A stretch of DNA of 64,000 bases from an uncultured Atribacterota bacterium. Its GTDB lineage: Bacteria; Atribacterota; Phoenicimicrobiia; Phoenicimicrobiales; Stramentimicrobiaceae. The stretch covers positions 30,845-94,844 of the forward strand of contig CAYSSG010000001.1 in assembly GCA_964433635.1 (NCBI GenBank). The letters are read 5' to 3'. The notes under the pieces were generated by a model. It searched no databases and was not told the origin of the DNA. It saw only the letters and a list, made by a program, of their open reading frames with translations. Both the position numbers and the translations under genes were made by a program. Position 1 is the first letter of the stretch, and each line of letters opens with the position of its first letter. Shown piece by piece: positions 1 to 9,077 of the stretch.

Positions 1-11
1 TATATTTAGGG

Positions 12-28
12 TATTACTATAAGTAATA
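12..28. promoter_or_regulatory. 17-bp inverted repeat TATTACT-ATA-AGTAATA just upstream of nrdR; candidate operator (possibly an NrdR box)
   Basis: Perfect 7-3-7 palindrome read directly, 23 nt upstream of the nrdR ATG. The window edge cuts off any tandem partner box. Its match to the NrdR-box consensus is not verified. Confidence 0.2.
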
Positions 29-50
29 GCGCTAAATATGGAGATAAAAA

Positions 51-536
51 ATGAAATGTCCCTTCTGCAATTATTCAGAAACCGGTGTGATTGAATCAAG
101 GTCCATGGAAAATGAACAGGTCATCAGACGGAGAAGATACTGTAAAAAGTGTAAAAAACGTTTTACCACTCACGAACGAATTGAAATCATCCCATTGGTA
201 GTGATTAAAAAAGATGAACGACGGGAAATTTTTAATCGGGAAAAGATTGTAAAAGGAATTCTCAGAGCATGTGAAAAAAGGCCGATCAGTCTGGTTCAAA
301 TCAATCAGATTGCGGAAGATATTGAAGAAAAATTAAAACAGGAATCCGGGAATGAAATAAAAACCCAGGTTATTGGCAGATTGGTTATGAATCGGCTAAA
401 GGATTTGGATGAGGTGGCATATGTGAGATTTGCTTCAGTGTATCGGCATTTCCAGGATGTGGGAGGCTTTTTAAAAGAGATAGACAGGATAAAATACCAG
501 CAAAATAAGCGAAAAGGTAGAGCGAAGGAGTCGTAA
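51..536 (+). CDS. nrdR: Transcriptional repressor NrdR (Zn ribbon + ATP-cone)
   Basis: N-terminal CPFC...CKKC zinc ribbon is followed by an ATP-cone. The size (161 aa) and position directly upstream of nrdD fit. The stop TAA abuts the nrdD ATG (TAAATG). Confidence 0.95.
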   Translation: MKCPFCNYSETGVIESRSMENEQVIRRRRYCKKCKKRFTTHERIEIIPLVVIKKDERREIFNREKIVKGILRACEKRPISLVQINQIAEDIEEKLKQESGNEIKTQVIGRLVMNRLKDLDEVAYVRFASVYRHFQDVGGFLKEIDRIKYQQNKRKGRAKES

Positions 537-2948
537 ATGGTAGAACAGATTATGAAGAGGGAAGGTAATGTAGTTTCTTTTAACCAGGAGAAGATTTATC
601 ATGCTATTTTGGCAGCAATGGAAGCAGTAGAAAAGACAGATGAGATACTGGCCAGCAGGATTACTGATCTTGTCATTTATCGATTGGAAATTCAATTTAA
701 GCAAAAAATACCCCGGGTAGAGGAGATACAAGACATTGTTGAGGAACAGTTGATAGAGGCAGGCTTGAGTCAAGTTGCCAAAGCTTATATCTTGTACCGC
801 CATCAAAGAAATAAGATCAGACAAAAGTTGTTTGTGAGAAATGGGGTAAAGAAATATAAAAATACGACCGAGATGTCTCTTCTGGTATCAACTTCTGCTA
901 AAGAAACACTGAGTCCCTGGGATCGGGGCAAGATTGTTGAAGCGTTGTGCAAGGAAGCACAGATGAATAGAAGTGTAGCCAGAAAGATTGCCAAGAATGT
1001 GGAGGAAAAGATATTCAGCTTAAACTTCAGCAATGTCTCTACCTCTTTAATCAGGGAAATTGTGGATAATGAATTGTTTACCCGGGGGTACGAGAAAAAT
1101 TGGCAGAAGCAAAAAATCATTGGCATGCCTTCCTATGATATAAAAAGATTGTTCTTGTCCAAAACAAAAGAGAATAGTAATATTGCCACCAATAATCCTG
1201 AGGCAATTAATCTGGCTATTGCTGAAAATACCATTAAACAATATATGTTGCAGGAAGTATTCAGTCAGGAGGTAGCAGATGCGCATCTGAAGGGCATTCT
1301 GCATATTCATGACCTGGGTTATCCCAGGATCTATTGTTCAGGACATTCACTGGAATATATCAAGAAATACGGCTTGACTTTGGATAACCTGGATACTTCT
1401 TCTGCTCCTGCTAAATATGCGCGTACCTTAACCGGCCATCTTAATACTTTTTTATCTTCCATGCAGGCTTATTATGCAGGAGCACTGGGGATTGCTTATT
1501 TAAACATCTTTTATGCCCCCTATCTGGTGGGTATGTCTCAGAAGGAGATAAAACAGGAAGCACAATACCTCATCTTCAGTGGTTCCCAGAATGCATTCTC
1601 CCGGGGGGGACAGAGTCTGTTTTTAGATTTTAATTTACACATGGGTATACCTGAACATCTGAAGAAAGTACCCGCCATTGGACCTGGAGGTAAATATACC
1701 GGCAAGACCTACCTGGAGTATGAGCTGGAAGCCCAACAATTTTTGAAAGCCTTAATGGAGGTATGGGAAGAGGGAGATTCCCATGGTAAAGTATTCGCCT
1801 TTCCTAAGATGGATCTTCATATTAACGATGAATCTTTTCGGAATCCCAGGGAGATTGAGCTGTTGAAATATGCCTGTCGTATTGCATCGGAAAACGGAAC
1901 ACCTTATTTTATTTTTGACCGGGATAGCGTTACTCTTTCCGCTTGCTGCAGATTAAAAAATGAAATTACCGATATGGAAATGATTTCCAAACCTGAAAAA
2001 TTAAGATTTTCGGGCATCCAGAATGTGACCATTAATCTTCCCCAATGCGCTTACAGGGCAGTAAAGTATAGCACTAATGAATGTAAGAAAGCAGATGAAA
2101 AGGAACTGTTTGCCCGATTTTTCTGTCAGATAGAATCTGCACTTCAACTGGTGGTCAGGGCGCATCAGGAAAAGAAAATCTTTTTAAAGCAGATGATGGA
2201 AACACCGGAGGGTCCATTATGGCAGATTGGTAAAGTAGGCCCGGACGGGGAACCATATGTTGATCTGAACAAAGGGACCTATCTGGTGGGATTAATCGGA
2301 TTGAACGAGGCAATGCAGTATCTGACCAATGCGCAGCTTCATGAAAATGAGGAAGCCTATCTCTGGGGATTAAAGACCATATCCTTCCTGCATCTAAAAT
2401 GTAATGAATATGGCAACCGGTATCAACTGAAATTGTCATTGGAAGAATCTCCTGCTGAGAGTGCAGCAGGCAGGTTGGCAAAAATTGACCTGAGAGAATT
2501 TCCCGAAAGCAGAAAAGTTATCAAGGGTGACATCCTGGAAGATGAATGCTATTACACTAACAGCATTCATTTTTCCGCCTCTGCAGATATTGACCTTATT
2601 ACCAGGATCATCAAACAAAGTAAATTTCATCCATTAATAAAAAGTGGAGCCATCATCCATGCCTTTGTTGGTGAAAAAAAACCACCGGCAGAGGGTATTT
2701 TTAACCTGATATCAAAAGTATGGAAAAATACACTTGCTGCTCAGCTTACCGTCTCTCCGGAATTTACAATATGCAATCAATGCCACAAAATCAGTCGTGG
2801 ACTGCAGGATTTCTGTTTACATTGCCACGGTGATGATGTTTATGGGGTTACCAGGATTGTAGGTTATTACAGTAAGATTAATAACTGGAATAAGAATAAA
2901 ATTGGTGAATTAAAAGATAGAAGGTCTGGAGAATACCAAATTGTATAA
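537..2948 (+). CDS. nrdD: Anaerobic ribonucleoside-triphosphate reductase (class III RNR) large subunit
   Basis: N-terminal ATP-cone, with a second cone-like repeat around aa 115-190. C-terminal Zn site CNQC...CLHC and glycyl-radical motif TRIVGYY. 803 aa. Confidence 0.95.
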   Translation: MVEQIMKREGNVVSFNQEKIYHAILAAMEAVEKTDEILASRITDLVIYRLEIQFKQKIPRVEEIQDIVEEQLIEAGLSQVAKAYILYRHQRNKIRQKLFVRNGVKKYKNTTEMSLLVSTSAKETLSPWDRGKIVEALCKEAQMNRSVARKIAKNVEEKIFSLNFSNVSTSLIREIVDNELFTRGYEKNWQKQKIIGMPSYDIKRLFLSKTKENSNIATNNPEAINLAIAENTIKQYMLQEVFSQEVADAHLKGILHIHDLGYPRIYCSGHSLEYIKKYGLTLDNLDTSSAPAKYARTLTGHLNTFLSSMQAYYAGALGIAYLNIFYAPYLVGMSQKEIKQEAQYLIFSGSQNAFSRGGQSLFLDFNLHMGIPEHLKKVPAIGPGGKYTGKTYLEYELEAQQFLKALMEVWEEGDSHGKVFAFPKMDLHINDESFRNPREIELLKYACRIASENGTPYFIFDRDSVTLSACCRLKNEITDMEMISKPEKLRFSGIQNVTINLPQCAYRAVKYSTNECKKADEKELFARFFCQIESALQLVVRAHQEKKIFLKQMMETPEGPLWQIGKVGPDGEPYVDLNKGTYLVGLIGLNEAMQYLTNAQLHENEEAYLWGLKTISFLHLKCNEYGNRYQLKLSLEESPAESAAGRLAKIDLREFPESRKVIKGDILEDECYYTNSIHFSASADIDLITRIIKQSKFHPLIKSGAIIHAFVGEKKPPAEGIFNLISKVWKNTLAAQLTVSPEFTICNQCHKISRGLQDFCLHCHGDDVYGVTRIVGYYSKINNWNKNKIGELKDRRSGEYQIV

Positions 2949-2986
2949 ATATATTTAAGTTTAGAACAAAGTAAAAAGGACAAAAC

Positions 2987-3241
2987 ATGAAAATAAAGAT
3001 ATTCTGGAAAAAAAATTGTTCTCATTGCCCCCAGGCAAAAAAGATTGGGAAGATGATAGAAGACAAAGCTGAAGTACAGTATTGTGACATTGACACCGTT
3101 GAAGGATTAGCAGAAGCCTGTATGTTAAATGTTATGAGTACCCCAACAATAATGATAGTGGATAATGAAGGCAATGAAACAGAAGCCTGGAGAGGTACTG
3201 TACCGAAAATTGAAGATATTGAAGAAAGAATATCCCGATAA
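2987..3241 (+). CDS. Small thioredoxin-fold redoxin (glutaredoxin/NrdH-like), CxxC type
   Basis: 84 aa with a CSHC redox motif at aa 11-14, typical of small redoxins. Located between nrdD and nrdG. Confidence 0.75.
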   Translation: MKIKIFWKKNCSHCPQAKKIGKMIEDKAEVQYCDIDTVEGLAEACMLNVMSTPTIMIVDNEGNETEAWRGTVPKIEDIEERISR

Positions 3242-3245
3242 GAAG

Positions 3246-3953
3246 ATGATTAAGATTAGAAAGATAATCAAAACCTCCATGATTGATTGGGATGGTATGA
3301 TTATTTTAACTCTGTATGTAGGCGGATGTAATTTTCGCTGCCCATTCTGTTACAATACAGATTTGGTTCTAAAGCCCCGGTCTTTACCGGTTATCCCGAT
3401 GGAAAAGGTGATGTCATTTATATGTACTAGAAGGTCTTTTTTAGATGGTATTTGTCTCAGCGGAGGGGAACCTACCCTCAATGATGATTTACCGGAATTC
3501 CTTAAAAAGATAAAAAATTTACATATGATGATCAAGCTGGATACCAATGGCAGTCAAACGGAAAAACTAAGGGCTGTTATAGACAATGGCTTGGTTGATT
3601 ATATTGCCATGGACATAAAGAATTGTCTGCAGGTAGAATCGTATACCCGAACCATCGGCATTCAGGAACCACTGATGATATCCAGGATAAAGAACAGCAT
3701 TGACCTGATTATGCATTCCGGAATTGAATATGAATTTCGAACAACGGTTGTCCCCGGATTTCATAACAGCGGTAGAATTGAAGACCTGGCTAAGGACATA
3801 AAGGGAGCGAAGAGATATGTCCTGCAGCACTTTGTCCAGTCTGCCGAAATGTTAAACCCGTATTTAAAAGATGTAAAACCCTTTTGTGAAGAAGAGATGC
3901 TGGAAATGAAAAGAAGGGCAGAACCTTTTGTTCAGAACTGCAAATTAAGATAG
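3246..3953 (+). CDS. nrdG: Anaerobic RNR activating protein (radical SAM)
   Basis: CNFRCPFC (CxxxCxxC) radical-SAM cluster motif and a GGEP SAM motif. I prefer ATG 3246 (MIKIRK...) to the ORF-track start 3165, which would overlap the redoxin gene. Confidence 0.9.
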   Translation: MIKIRKIIKTSMIDWDGMIILTLYVGGCNFRCPFCYNTDLVLKPRSLPVIPMEKVMSFICTRRSFLDGICLSGGEPTLNDDLPEFLKKIKNLHMMIKLDTNGSQTEKLRAVIDNGLVDYIAMDIKNCLQVESYTRTIGIQEPLMISRIKNSIDLIMHSGIEYEFRTTVVPGFHNSGRIEDLAKDIKGAKRYVLQHFVQSAEMLNPYLKDVKPFCEEEMLEMKRRAEPFVQNCKLR

Positions 3954-4036
3954 CTGTCAGGACAGGAATGAACAACAAAGTACTGATGCAATGACTCTTC
4001 TCCAATCATAAAAAATTGTTTTTTTTGATACAATAA

Positions 4037-4045
4037 TGTTATAAT
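4037..4045 (+). promoter_or_regulatory. Candidate extended -10 promoter element TGtTATAAT
   Basis: TG at 4037-4038 and TATAAT at 4040-4045, in the 517-nt non-coding gap. No good -35 element. It would give a ~420-nt leader before the 4471 ATG. Confidence 0.3.
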
Positions 4046-4470
4046 AATGTTGAATTTATTCCATCTGACTTCATTAGATAGACCAGCAGAACATCCATTT
4101 GAAAATAAACAGCACTTGATTTCACAGATCAGGTCTAAATTGTGGGAAGGAAGAATATTTCACAGTGCAGGGATTTAGTCATCTGATAGTACCAGCCATA
4201 CATAGAACCGGTTTATCTAATGTTATGAGACCTTGTTTTTTTCTATATTCTACCCATCCATTCAATCACCATCCCAAATCCCATCTTTGAATAGCCAGGT
4301 TTTTATTTTGGATGTTGATTTAAACTGGTATTTCTTTTTTTCTATAGGGTTGAATGTTTTTTTAAGATTCAGTTTCAGACTGTGGTTTTTAAATGGTATG
4401 ATGGTATCTTTGATAAAGAAACAGTCAGGCTTCTCATGGTAGAAATGATCATATTCAGGAGATAAATATT

Positions 4471-4755
4471 ATGCGTATCCGGAATCATCCCATTCTGAAA
4501 TTCCAGCATCAGAAGAAGGTTGCCTTCACCTTCCAGGGCAGAAAGATGGAAGGCTACAGTGATGAACCGATTGCTGCAGCCCTGGTGGCAGCTGGTGTGA
4601 AAGTGCTGAGTTACAGTATCAGGTTGAAGCGTCCCCGCGGCTTCTTCTGTGCTATCGGGAAGTGCTCTTCCTGCCTGATGAAGGTCAACGGCGTTCCCAA
4701 TGTCCGTACCTGTGTTACGAAACTGGAAGAAGGAATGGTTGTGGAAAGACAATAA
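4471..4755 (+). CDS. [2Fe-2S]-binding small subunit (SoxA N-terminal / HcnA-like, Fer2_4 type)
   Basis: 94 aa. RPRGFFCAIGKCSSCLMKVNGVPNVRTC carries four Cys in the pattern seen in HcnA, the sarcosine oxidase alpha N-terminus and OoxA. Confidence 0.75.
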   Translation: MRIRNHPILKFQHQKKVAFTFQGRKMEGYSDEPIAAALVAAGVKVLSYSIRLKRPRGFFCAIGKCSSCLMKVNGVPNVRTCVTKLEEGMVVERQ

Positions 4756-4770
4756 AAAGAGGGTATCATC

Positions 4771-5886
4771 GTGAAAGAGACTGATATTGCCATTATAGGC
4801 GGAGGACCGGCCGGTCTGGCAGCTGCTTTGACCGCTGCCTCCTGTTCTGCTCAGGTCCTGCTGATTGACGACGGCTTACAGCTGGGCGGGCAGCTGATCA
4901 AGCAGACCCATAAGTTCTTCGGTTCCACGCAGCAGTTTGCCGGGATCAGAGGCATCGATATTGCCCGTAACTTTATTCGGGAGATTGAACAGTCTGACTC
5001 TATCGAGGTATGGAACCAGGCTACTGCAACCGGTTATTATGAAGACGGCGTGCTGACGGTACTGCAGGGCTTAAACGGCAATAAGCTCCTCAAGGTGAAG
5101 CCCAGATGCATGATTATCGCTACCGGTGCATCTGAGAACATGCTTCCCTTTATCAATAATGACCTGCCGGGTGTCTATGGTGCCGGCGCAGTGCAGACCC
5201 TGATGAATGTCTACGGGGTGATTCCCGGTAAAGCAGTTCTGATGGTCGGAGCCGGTAATATCGGTCTGATTGTCTCCTATCAGCTCCTGCAGGCAGGCAT
5301 CCAGGTAAAGGCGATCGTAGAGGCTATGCCTCAAGTGGGTGGATATTGGGTCCATGCCAGCAAAATAAGAAGATTTGGTGTTCCCATCTATACTTCCTGT
5401 ACCTTAAAAGAGGTAAGGGGACAGGAGGAGGTAGAGCGTGTGACCATCTGTCATATTGATAAGCATTTTCAATTTATTGCCGGAACAGAAAGAGAACTTG
5501 CAGTAGATACAGTCTGCCTGGCAGTAGGCCTGTCTCCCCTGACTGAATTATTATGGCAGTCAGGATGTGAAATGGTTTATATTCCTGAACTGTGCGGCTA
5601 TGTAGCCTTGCGGGATGAGCATATGAAAACGACGCTTGACCATGTCTATATTGCCGGTGATGTAACCGGTATAGAGGAGGCTAGCAGCGCTATGGTGGAA
5701 GGTCAGATTGCCGGTTTAAATGCCGCTGCCGGTATCGGTTTTGTTCATCAGAAGTATACCCAACTCAATGATGAGTATAAAAAACAGCTTGCCGAATTAA
5801 GAAATAATCCAATGAGTGCAGCTATCACCAGGGGCATAAAGAAAGCTACGATCCTAAAAGGAGGGACACATGTCTATTCCCACTGA
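4771..5886 (+). CDS. FAD/NAD(P)-dependent pyridine-nucleotide-disulfide-family oxidoreductase subunit (HcnB/OoxA/PDH-alpha-like)
   Basis: GTG start after AGAGGG. Contains IIGGGPAGL (FAD), VGAGNIGL (second dinucleotide fold) and the YIAGDVTG motif. Confidence 0.8.
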   Translation: MKETDIAIIGGGPAGLAAALTAASCSAQVLLIDDGLQLGGQLIKQTHKFFGSTQQFAGIRGIDIARNFIREIEQSDSIEVWNQATATGYYEDGVLTVLQGLNGNKLLKVKPRCMIIATGASENMLPFINNDLPGVYGAGAVQTLMNVYGVIPGKAVLMVGAGNIGLIVSYQLLQAGIQVKAIVEAMPQVGGYWVHASKIRRFGVPIYTSCTLKEVRGQEEVERVTICHIDKHFQFIAGTERELAVDTVCLAVGLSPLTELLWQSGCEMVYIPELCGYVALRDEHMKTTLDHVYIAGDVTGIEEASSAMVEGQIAGLNAAAGIGFVHQKYTQLNDEYKKQLAELRNNPMSAAITRGIKKATILKGGTHVYSH

Positions 5887-6364
5887 TGGACTACCAACCG
5901 AAACAGAGTTAGAAAAGGTCATTCCCTCTCCCGAGAACTTAGCCCGGGGGCCGGTGGTGATTGTGGAATGCTTTCAGGATATTCCCTGTGATCCATGTGC
6001 TGCCAGTTGTCCATCCGGAGCTATCCTGCCTTTTGAGGATATTAATGATCAGCCGGAGGTAGATTATAGCAAGTGTACCGGTTGCGGGCTTTGTATTGCA
6101 TCCTGTCCCGGGCTGGCTATCTTTGTGGTAGATTTGAACTACTCATCTACCGAGGCGCTCATCAAAATTCCCTATGAGATGCTGCCCTTACCGGAGAAGG
6201 GACAGATTGTATCAGGTTTAGACCGTTCAGGGCAGAAGCTTGCTGATGTCAAGGTAGCCAAGGTATTCAAGACAAAGAATAAAACCAATGTGATTACCAT
6301 TATAGTTCCAAAAGACCTGGCCATGGTCATTCGGAATATCAAGGTGGAGGAAGAAAATGGATGA
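5870..6364 (+). CDS. 4Fe-4S ferredoxin-domain subunit
   Basis: CTGCGLCIASCP (CxxCxxCxxxCP) plus CDPCAASCP. Strong SD AAGGAGGG lies 6 nt upstream of the ATG. Overlaps the upstream gene by 17 nt. Confidence 0.8.
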   Translation: MSIPTDGLPTETELEKVIPSPENLARGPVVIVECFQDIPCDPCAASCPSGAILPFEDINDQPEVDYSKCTGCGLCIASCPGLAIFVVDLNYSSTEALIKIPYEMLPLPEKGQIVSGLDRSGQKLADVKVAKVFKTKNKTNVITIIVPKDLAMVIRNIKVEEENG

Positions 6365-6629
6365 TAACACCATTATCTGTCGGTGTGAGGATGTAACCTG
6401 GGGAGATATCAGAAAACAACTGGACAAGGGGTATACGACGATGGACGAGATCAAACGCATCACCCGGGCTGGAATGGGACGCTGCCAGGGTAAAACATGT
6501 CAGAGAATTCTCCTGCATGCCATAGCGAAATATTTGAATCAAAGGGTAGAAGAGATTCCCTTATCCACCTTTCGTCCTCCCACAAAGCCTATTCCGTTAG
6601 AAGCGCTGGCGGGTGATAAAAATGATTAG
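6357..6629 (+). CDS. BFD-like [2Fe-2S]-binding small subunit
   Basis: CRCEDVT...GMGRCQGKTC is the typical BFD-like CxC...CxxxxC pattern. 90 aa, with a GGAGGA SD. Confidence 0.75.
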   Translation: MDDNTIICRCEDVTWGDIRKQLDKGYTTMDEIKRITRAGMGRCQGKTCQRILLHAIAKYLNQRVEEIPLSTFRPPTKPIPLEALAGDKND

Positions 6630-7767
6630 AAGTGCCGATATTGTGATTATTGGCGGAGGAGTACAGGGATGCAGTATTGCTTACAACCTGGCAAAGAAAG
6701 GACAGAAGAATATTGTTATACTGGAAAAAAATACCTGTGCCAGTGGTTCATCAGGAAGGTGCGGAGCAGGATTCCGTCAACAATTTGGAACAGAAATGAA
6801 TTGCATTTTAGCCAGAGAAAGTGTTAGGATGTTAGAAAAGCTGAGTGAAGAACTGGATTATGATATTGAGTTTAATCAAAAGGGCTATCTAATCTTAGCT
6901 TATACAGAAAAAGAAGTGGCTCAGTTTAAGAAAAATGTCCGATTACAGCAGAGTCTGGGCATTAATTCTGACCTGTTATCACCGGAGGAGGCCAGAGAAA
7001 TCGTTCCTCCCCTGAATATCAAAGATGTTCTAGCAGCAAGTTATTGCCCCACAGATGGAAATGTTAATCCGCTGCTGACCACTTTTGCTTATGCCGAAGC
7101 AGCCCAGAGGCTTGGTGTTAAAATATTCCGCTTTACGGAAGCGCAGAAGATTGAATCACGGAATAATCGTATTACGGCAGTTGTAACGAATCAGGGAAGA
7201 ATATTGACCGAAAAAGTCGTTAATGCAGCAGGAGCCTTTGCCAGGGAAGTAGGAGAAATTGCCGGAGTGGAAATACCAGTCTATTCCCAAAGGCACCAGA
7301 TATTAGTGACCGAACCTACATCTATCCTTTGGGAATCCATGCTCATGTCCTTTTCCAGAAATTTCTATTTTCAGCAGCTTCCCCACGGCAGTATTGTGGG
7401 AGGATATGGGGATCCGGAACATGAGTTGATTGGACATCATATCAGTTCCAGTTGGGAATTTGTCATCACCATGGCTAAAAAAATGACTGCCTTAGTCCCG
7501 AAGGTAGGACAGGTGAGAGTAGTCAGACAATGGTCAGGTTCCTACAATATGAGCCCCGATTCACAACCCATTCTGGGAGAACACCCCGAATTAGCGGGTT
7601 ATTATATGTCCGTTGGGTTCAGCGGGCACGGTTTCATGCTTGCTCCGGTATCCGGACAAATGCTGGCTGAGCTGATTTTGGGTGAAGAAACAGAACTACC
7701 CATGGAAAAATTGGATATCGGTCGATTCAAGAGGGGTGAATTGATTTTAGAGCCATCGGTCGTTTAG
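6613..7767 (+). CDS. FAD-dependent amino-acid dehydrogenase/oxidase subunit (DAO family; sarcosine oxidase beta / HcnC / OoxB / proline dehydrogenase beta-like)
   Basis: IIGGGVQGCSIAYNLAK FAD fold and a DAO-family length. The true start may be ATG 6622 (MIRSADIV...). Confidence 0.8.
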   Translation: MIKMIRSADIVIIGGGVQGCSIAYNLAKKGQKNIVILEKNTCASGSSGRCGAGFRQQFGTEMNCILARESVRMLEKLSEELDYDIEFNQKGYLILAYTEKEVAQFKKNVRLQQSLGINSDLLSPEEAREIVPPLNIKDVLAASYCPTDGNVNPLLTTFAYAEAAQRLGVKIFRFTEAQKIESRNNRITAVVTNQGRILTEKVVNAAGAFAREVGEIAGVEIPVYSQRHQILVTEPTSILWESMLMSFSRNFYFQQLPHGSIVGGYGDPEHELIGHHISSSWEFVITMAKKMTALVPKVGQVRVVRQWSGSYNMSPDSQPILGEHPELAGYYMSVGFSGHGFMLAPVSGQMLAELILGEETELPMEKLDIGRFKRGELILEPSVV

Positions 7768-7901
7768 ATTGATGAACTGATCAGGTGAAATTGATTATGA
7801 TAGACTCAATACCTGAGAGTTTGAAGGGGGTGGTTATTTATAGCGTAGAATGATTCAAGATAGACAGAGTAAATTTGGGAATGAAATTTCAGGAGGAAAA
7901 T

Positions 7902-9050
7902 ATGAATCGAATAAAGAACATTTTAGTTGTATTGTTAATGATTACTTTATGTTTCTCGTTGAATACCTTAGCCCAGAAAGAGCCTGTAGTTATCGGTTTA
8001 CAGGGTCCCTTAACCGGTTCAGCAGCAGTTGAAGGAGAAATGGCCAAGCAATGTGTGGAAACAGCTGCCCTGATGGTCAATGAAAAAGGAGGCATTCTGG
8101 ACGGAAGAATGATTGAAATTGAATTGGTAGATGATGCCTGTCAACCCAGAGCCGGTGCGCTTGCAGCTATGAAGTTAGTGTCCATGAGAGAAGTCGTGGC
8201 TAGTATTGCCACTTATGGTTCTTCGGTGAACCAGCCATCTTCAGATATTTATGAAAAATTCAAGAAAGTCAATATTGGCTATGGCTCTACCGTTACCGGA
8301 TTAACTGAAAGAGGGTTAAAGTATTTCTTCCGTACCTGCGGCAGGACAGATACACAGGGCATATTCTTTGCGAAGGAAGTAGCGCCTTATTTCGGTGCAA
8401 AGAGAGTGGCTATTATGCATGACAATACTTCTTTTGCTCTGGGTTTAGCTGAAGAAGCCAGGAAGGCTGTTTTGGATCTGGGTGAAGCAGAGTTGGTCTA
8501 TTTTGATGCCATTACTCCCGGTGAATCTGATTATACCGTACCCTTAACCAGATTGCGTGAGACAAATCCTGATGTTTTTTACTTTACCGGCTATTTTCCT
8601 GAGGCAGGTCTCATTATCCGCCAGGCAAGAGAGATAGGTATTGATGCTGTCTTTGTCGGCGGAGATGCTGCCATTAATGAAGATTTTATCAAGATTGCCG
8701 GTTTGGAATATGCAGCCGGTTGTTATATGACCCAGGAAGCGTTAATCCAATATTTCACCAATCCTGAGGCAATGGAATTTAAGGAAAAATATCAGAAAGC
8801 TTATGGTAATCTGCCATCCAGTCCCTGGTCTGTTTATGCAGCCGATGCCTTGATGGTGTTGGCCGAAGCCATTGATAAAACCGGTTCTACTGATTCAGAT
8901 GATCTGGTCGATTATTTGAAGAATGAATTGAAAGAATTTCCCAGTATTACCGGCCCCATCGGATTTGACGAAAAAGGAGATCGGGTAGGAACCGGAATCA
9001 ACCTGTATGTGGTAAACAGTGACGGAAGTTACGCCATCGTAGAAAGATAA
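7902..9050 (+). CDS. ABC transporter periplasmic/lipoprotein substrate-binding protein, Leu/Ile/Val-binding (type 1 PBP) family
   Basis: Signal-peptide-like N-terminus and a LivJ/K-like sequence. AGGAGG lies 7 nt upstream of ATG 7902, which I prefer to the ORF-track start 7875. Confidence 0.8.
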   Translation: MNRIKNILVVLLMITLCFSLNTLAQKEPVVIGLQGPLTGSAAVEGEMAKQCVETAALMVNEKGGILDGRMIEIELVDDACQPRAGALAAMKLVSMREVVASIATYGSSVNQPSSDIYEKFKKVNIGYGSTVTGLTERGLKYFFRTCGRTDTQGIFFAKEVAPYFGAKRVAIMHDNTSFALGLAEEARKAVLDLGEAELVYFDAITPGESDYTVPLTRLRETNPDVFYFTGYFPEAGLIIRQAREIGIDAVFVGGDAAINEDFIKIAGLEYAAGCYMTQEALIQYFTNPEAMEFKEKYQKAYGNLPSSPWSVYAADALMVLAEAIDKTGSTDSDDLVDYLKNELKEFPSITGPIGFDEKGDRVGTGINLYVVNSDGSYAIVER

Positions 9051-9077
9051 TTGATTTAAAGAATGAGGTAGAGGCTC

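Noticed and set aside
96-2630. Antisense or out-of-frame ORFs inside nrdR and nrdD (96-299, 471-824, 803-1126, 1047-1310, 2155-2481, 2436-2630). The same kind of ORF lies inside most large genes in the track, for example 15354-15545, 17372-17554, 42807-43131, 57878-60813 and 63501-63698.
   Set aside because: All are embedded opposite or out of frame within genes with strong family signatures. They have skewed, low-complexity composition and no SD. This is the typical shadow-ORF pattern of AT-rich DNA.
3165-3245. The upstream extension of nrdG in the ORF track, which starts at 3165.
   Set aside because: It would overlap the redoxin gene by 77 nt in another frame and adds a non-conserved basic N-terminus. 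ATG 3246 gives the usual NrdG N-terminus.
4128-4170. An SRP-RNA-like string (CAGGUC ... GGAAGGAAG ... CAG) in the 3954-4470 spacer.
   Set aside because: The spacing and flanks do not form the helix 8 GGAA tetraloop or the symmetric loop of 4.5S/SRP RNA. The resemblance is a short purine-run coincidence.
4233-4442. A 69-aa ORF in the long spacer.
   Set aside because: It is a low-complexity Phe/Ser/Leu-rich translation of T-rich DNA with no SD. It does not look like coding sequence.
7850-7901. Alternative upstream starts (7850 and 7875) for the substrate-binding protein.
   Set aside because: AGGAGG is correctly spaced only for ATG 7902, which also gives a proper signal peptide (MNRIKNILVVLLMITLC...).
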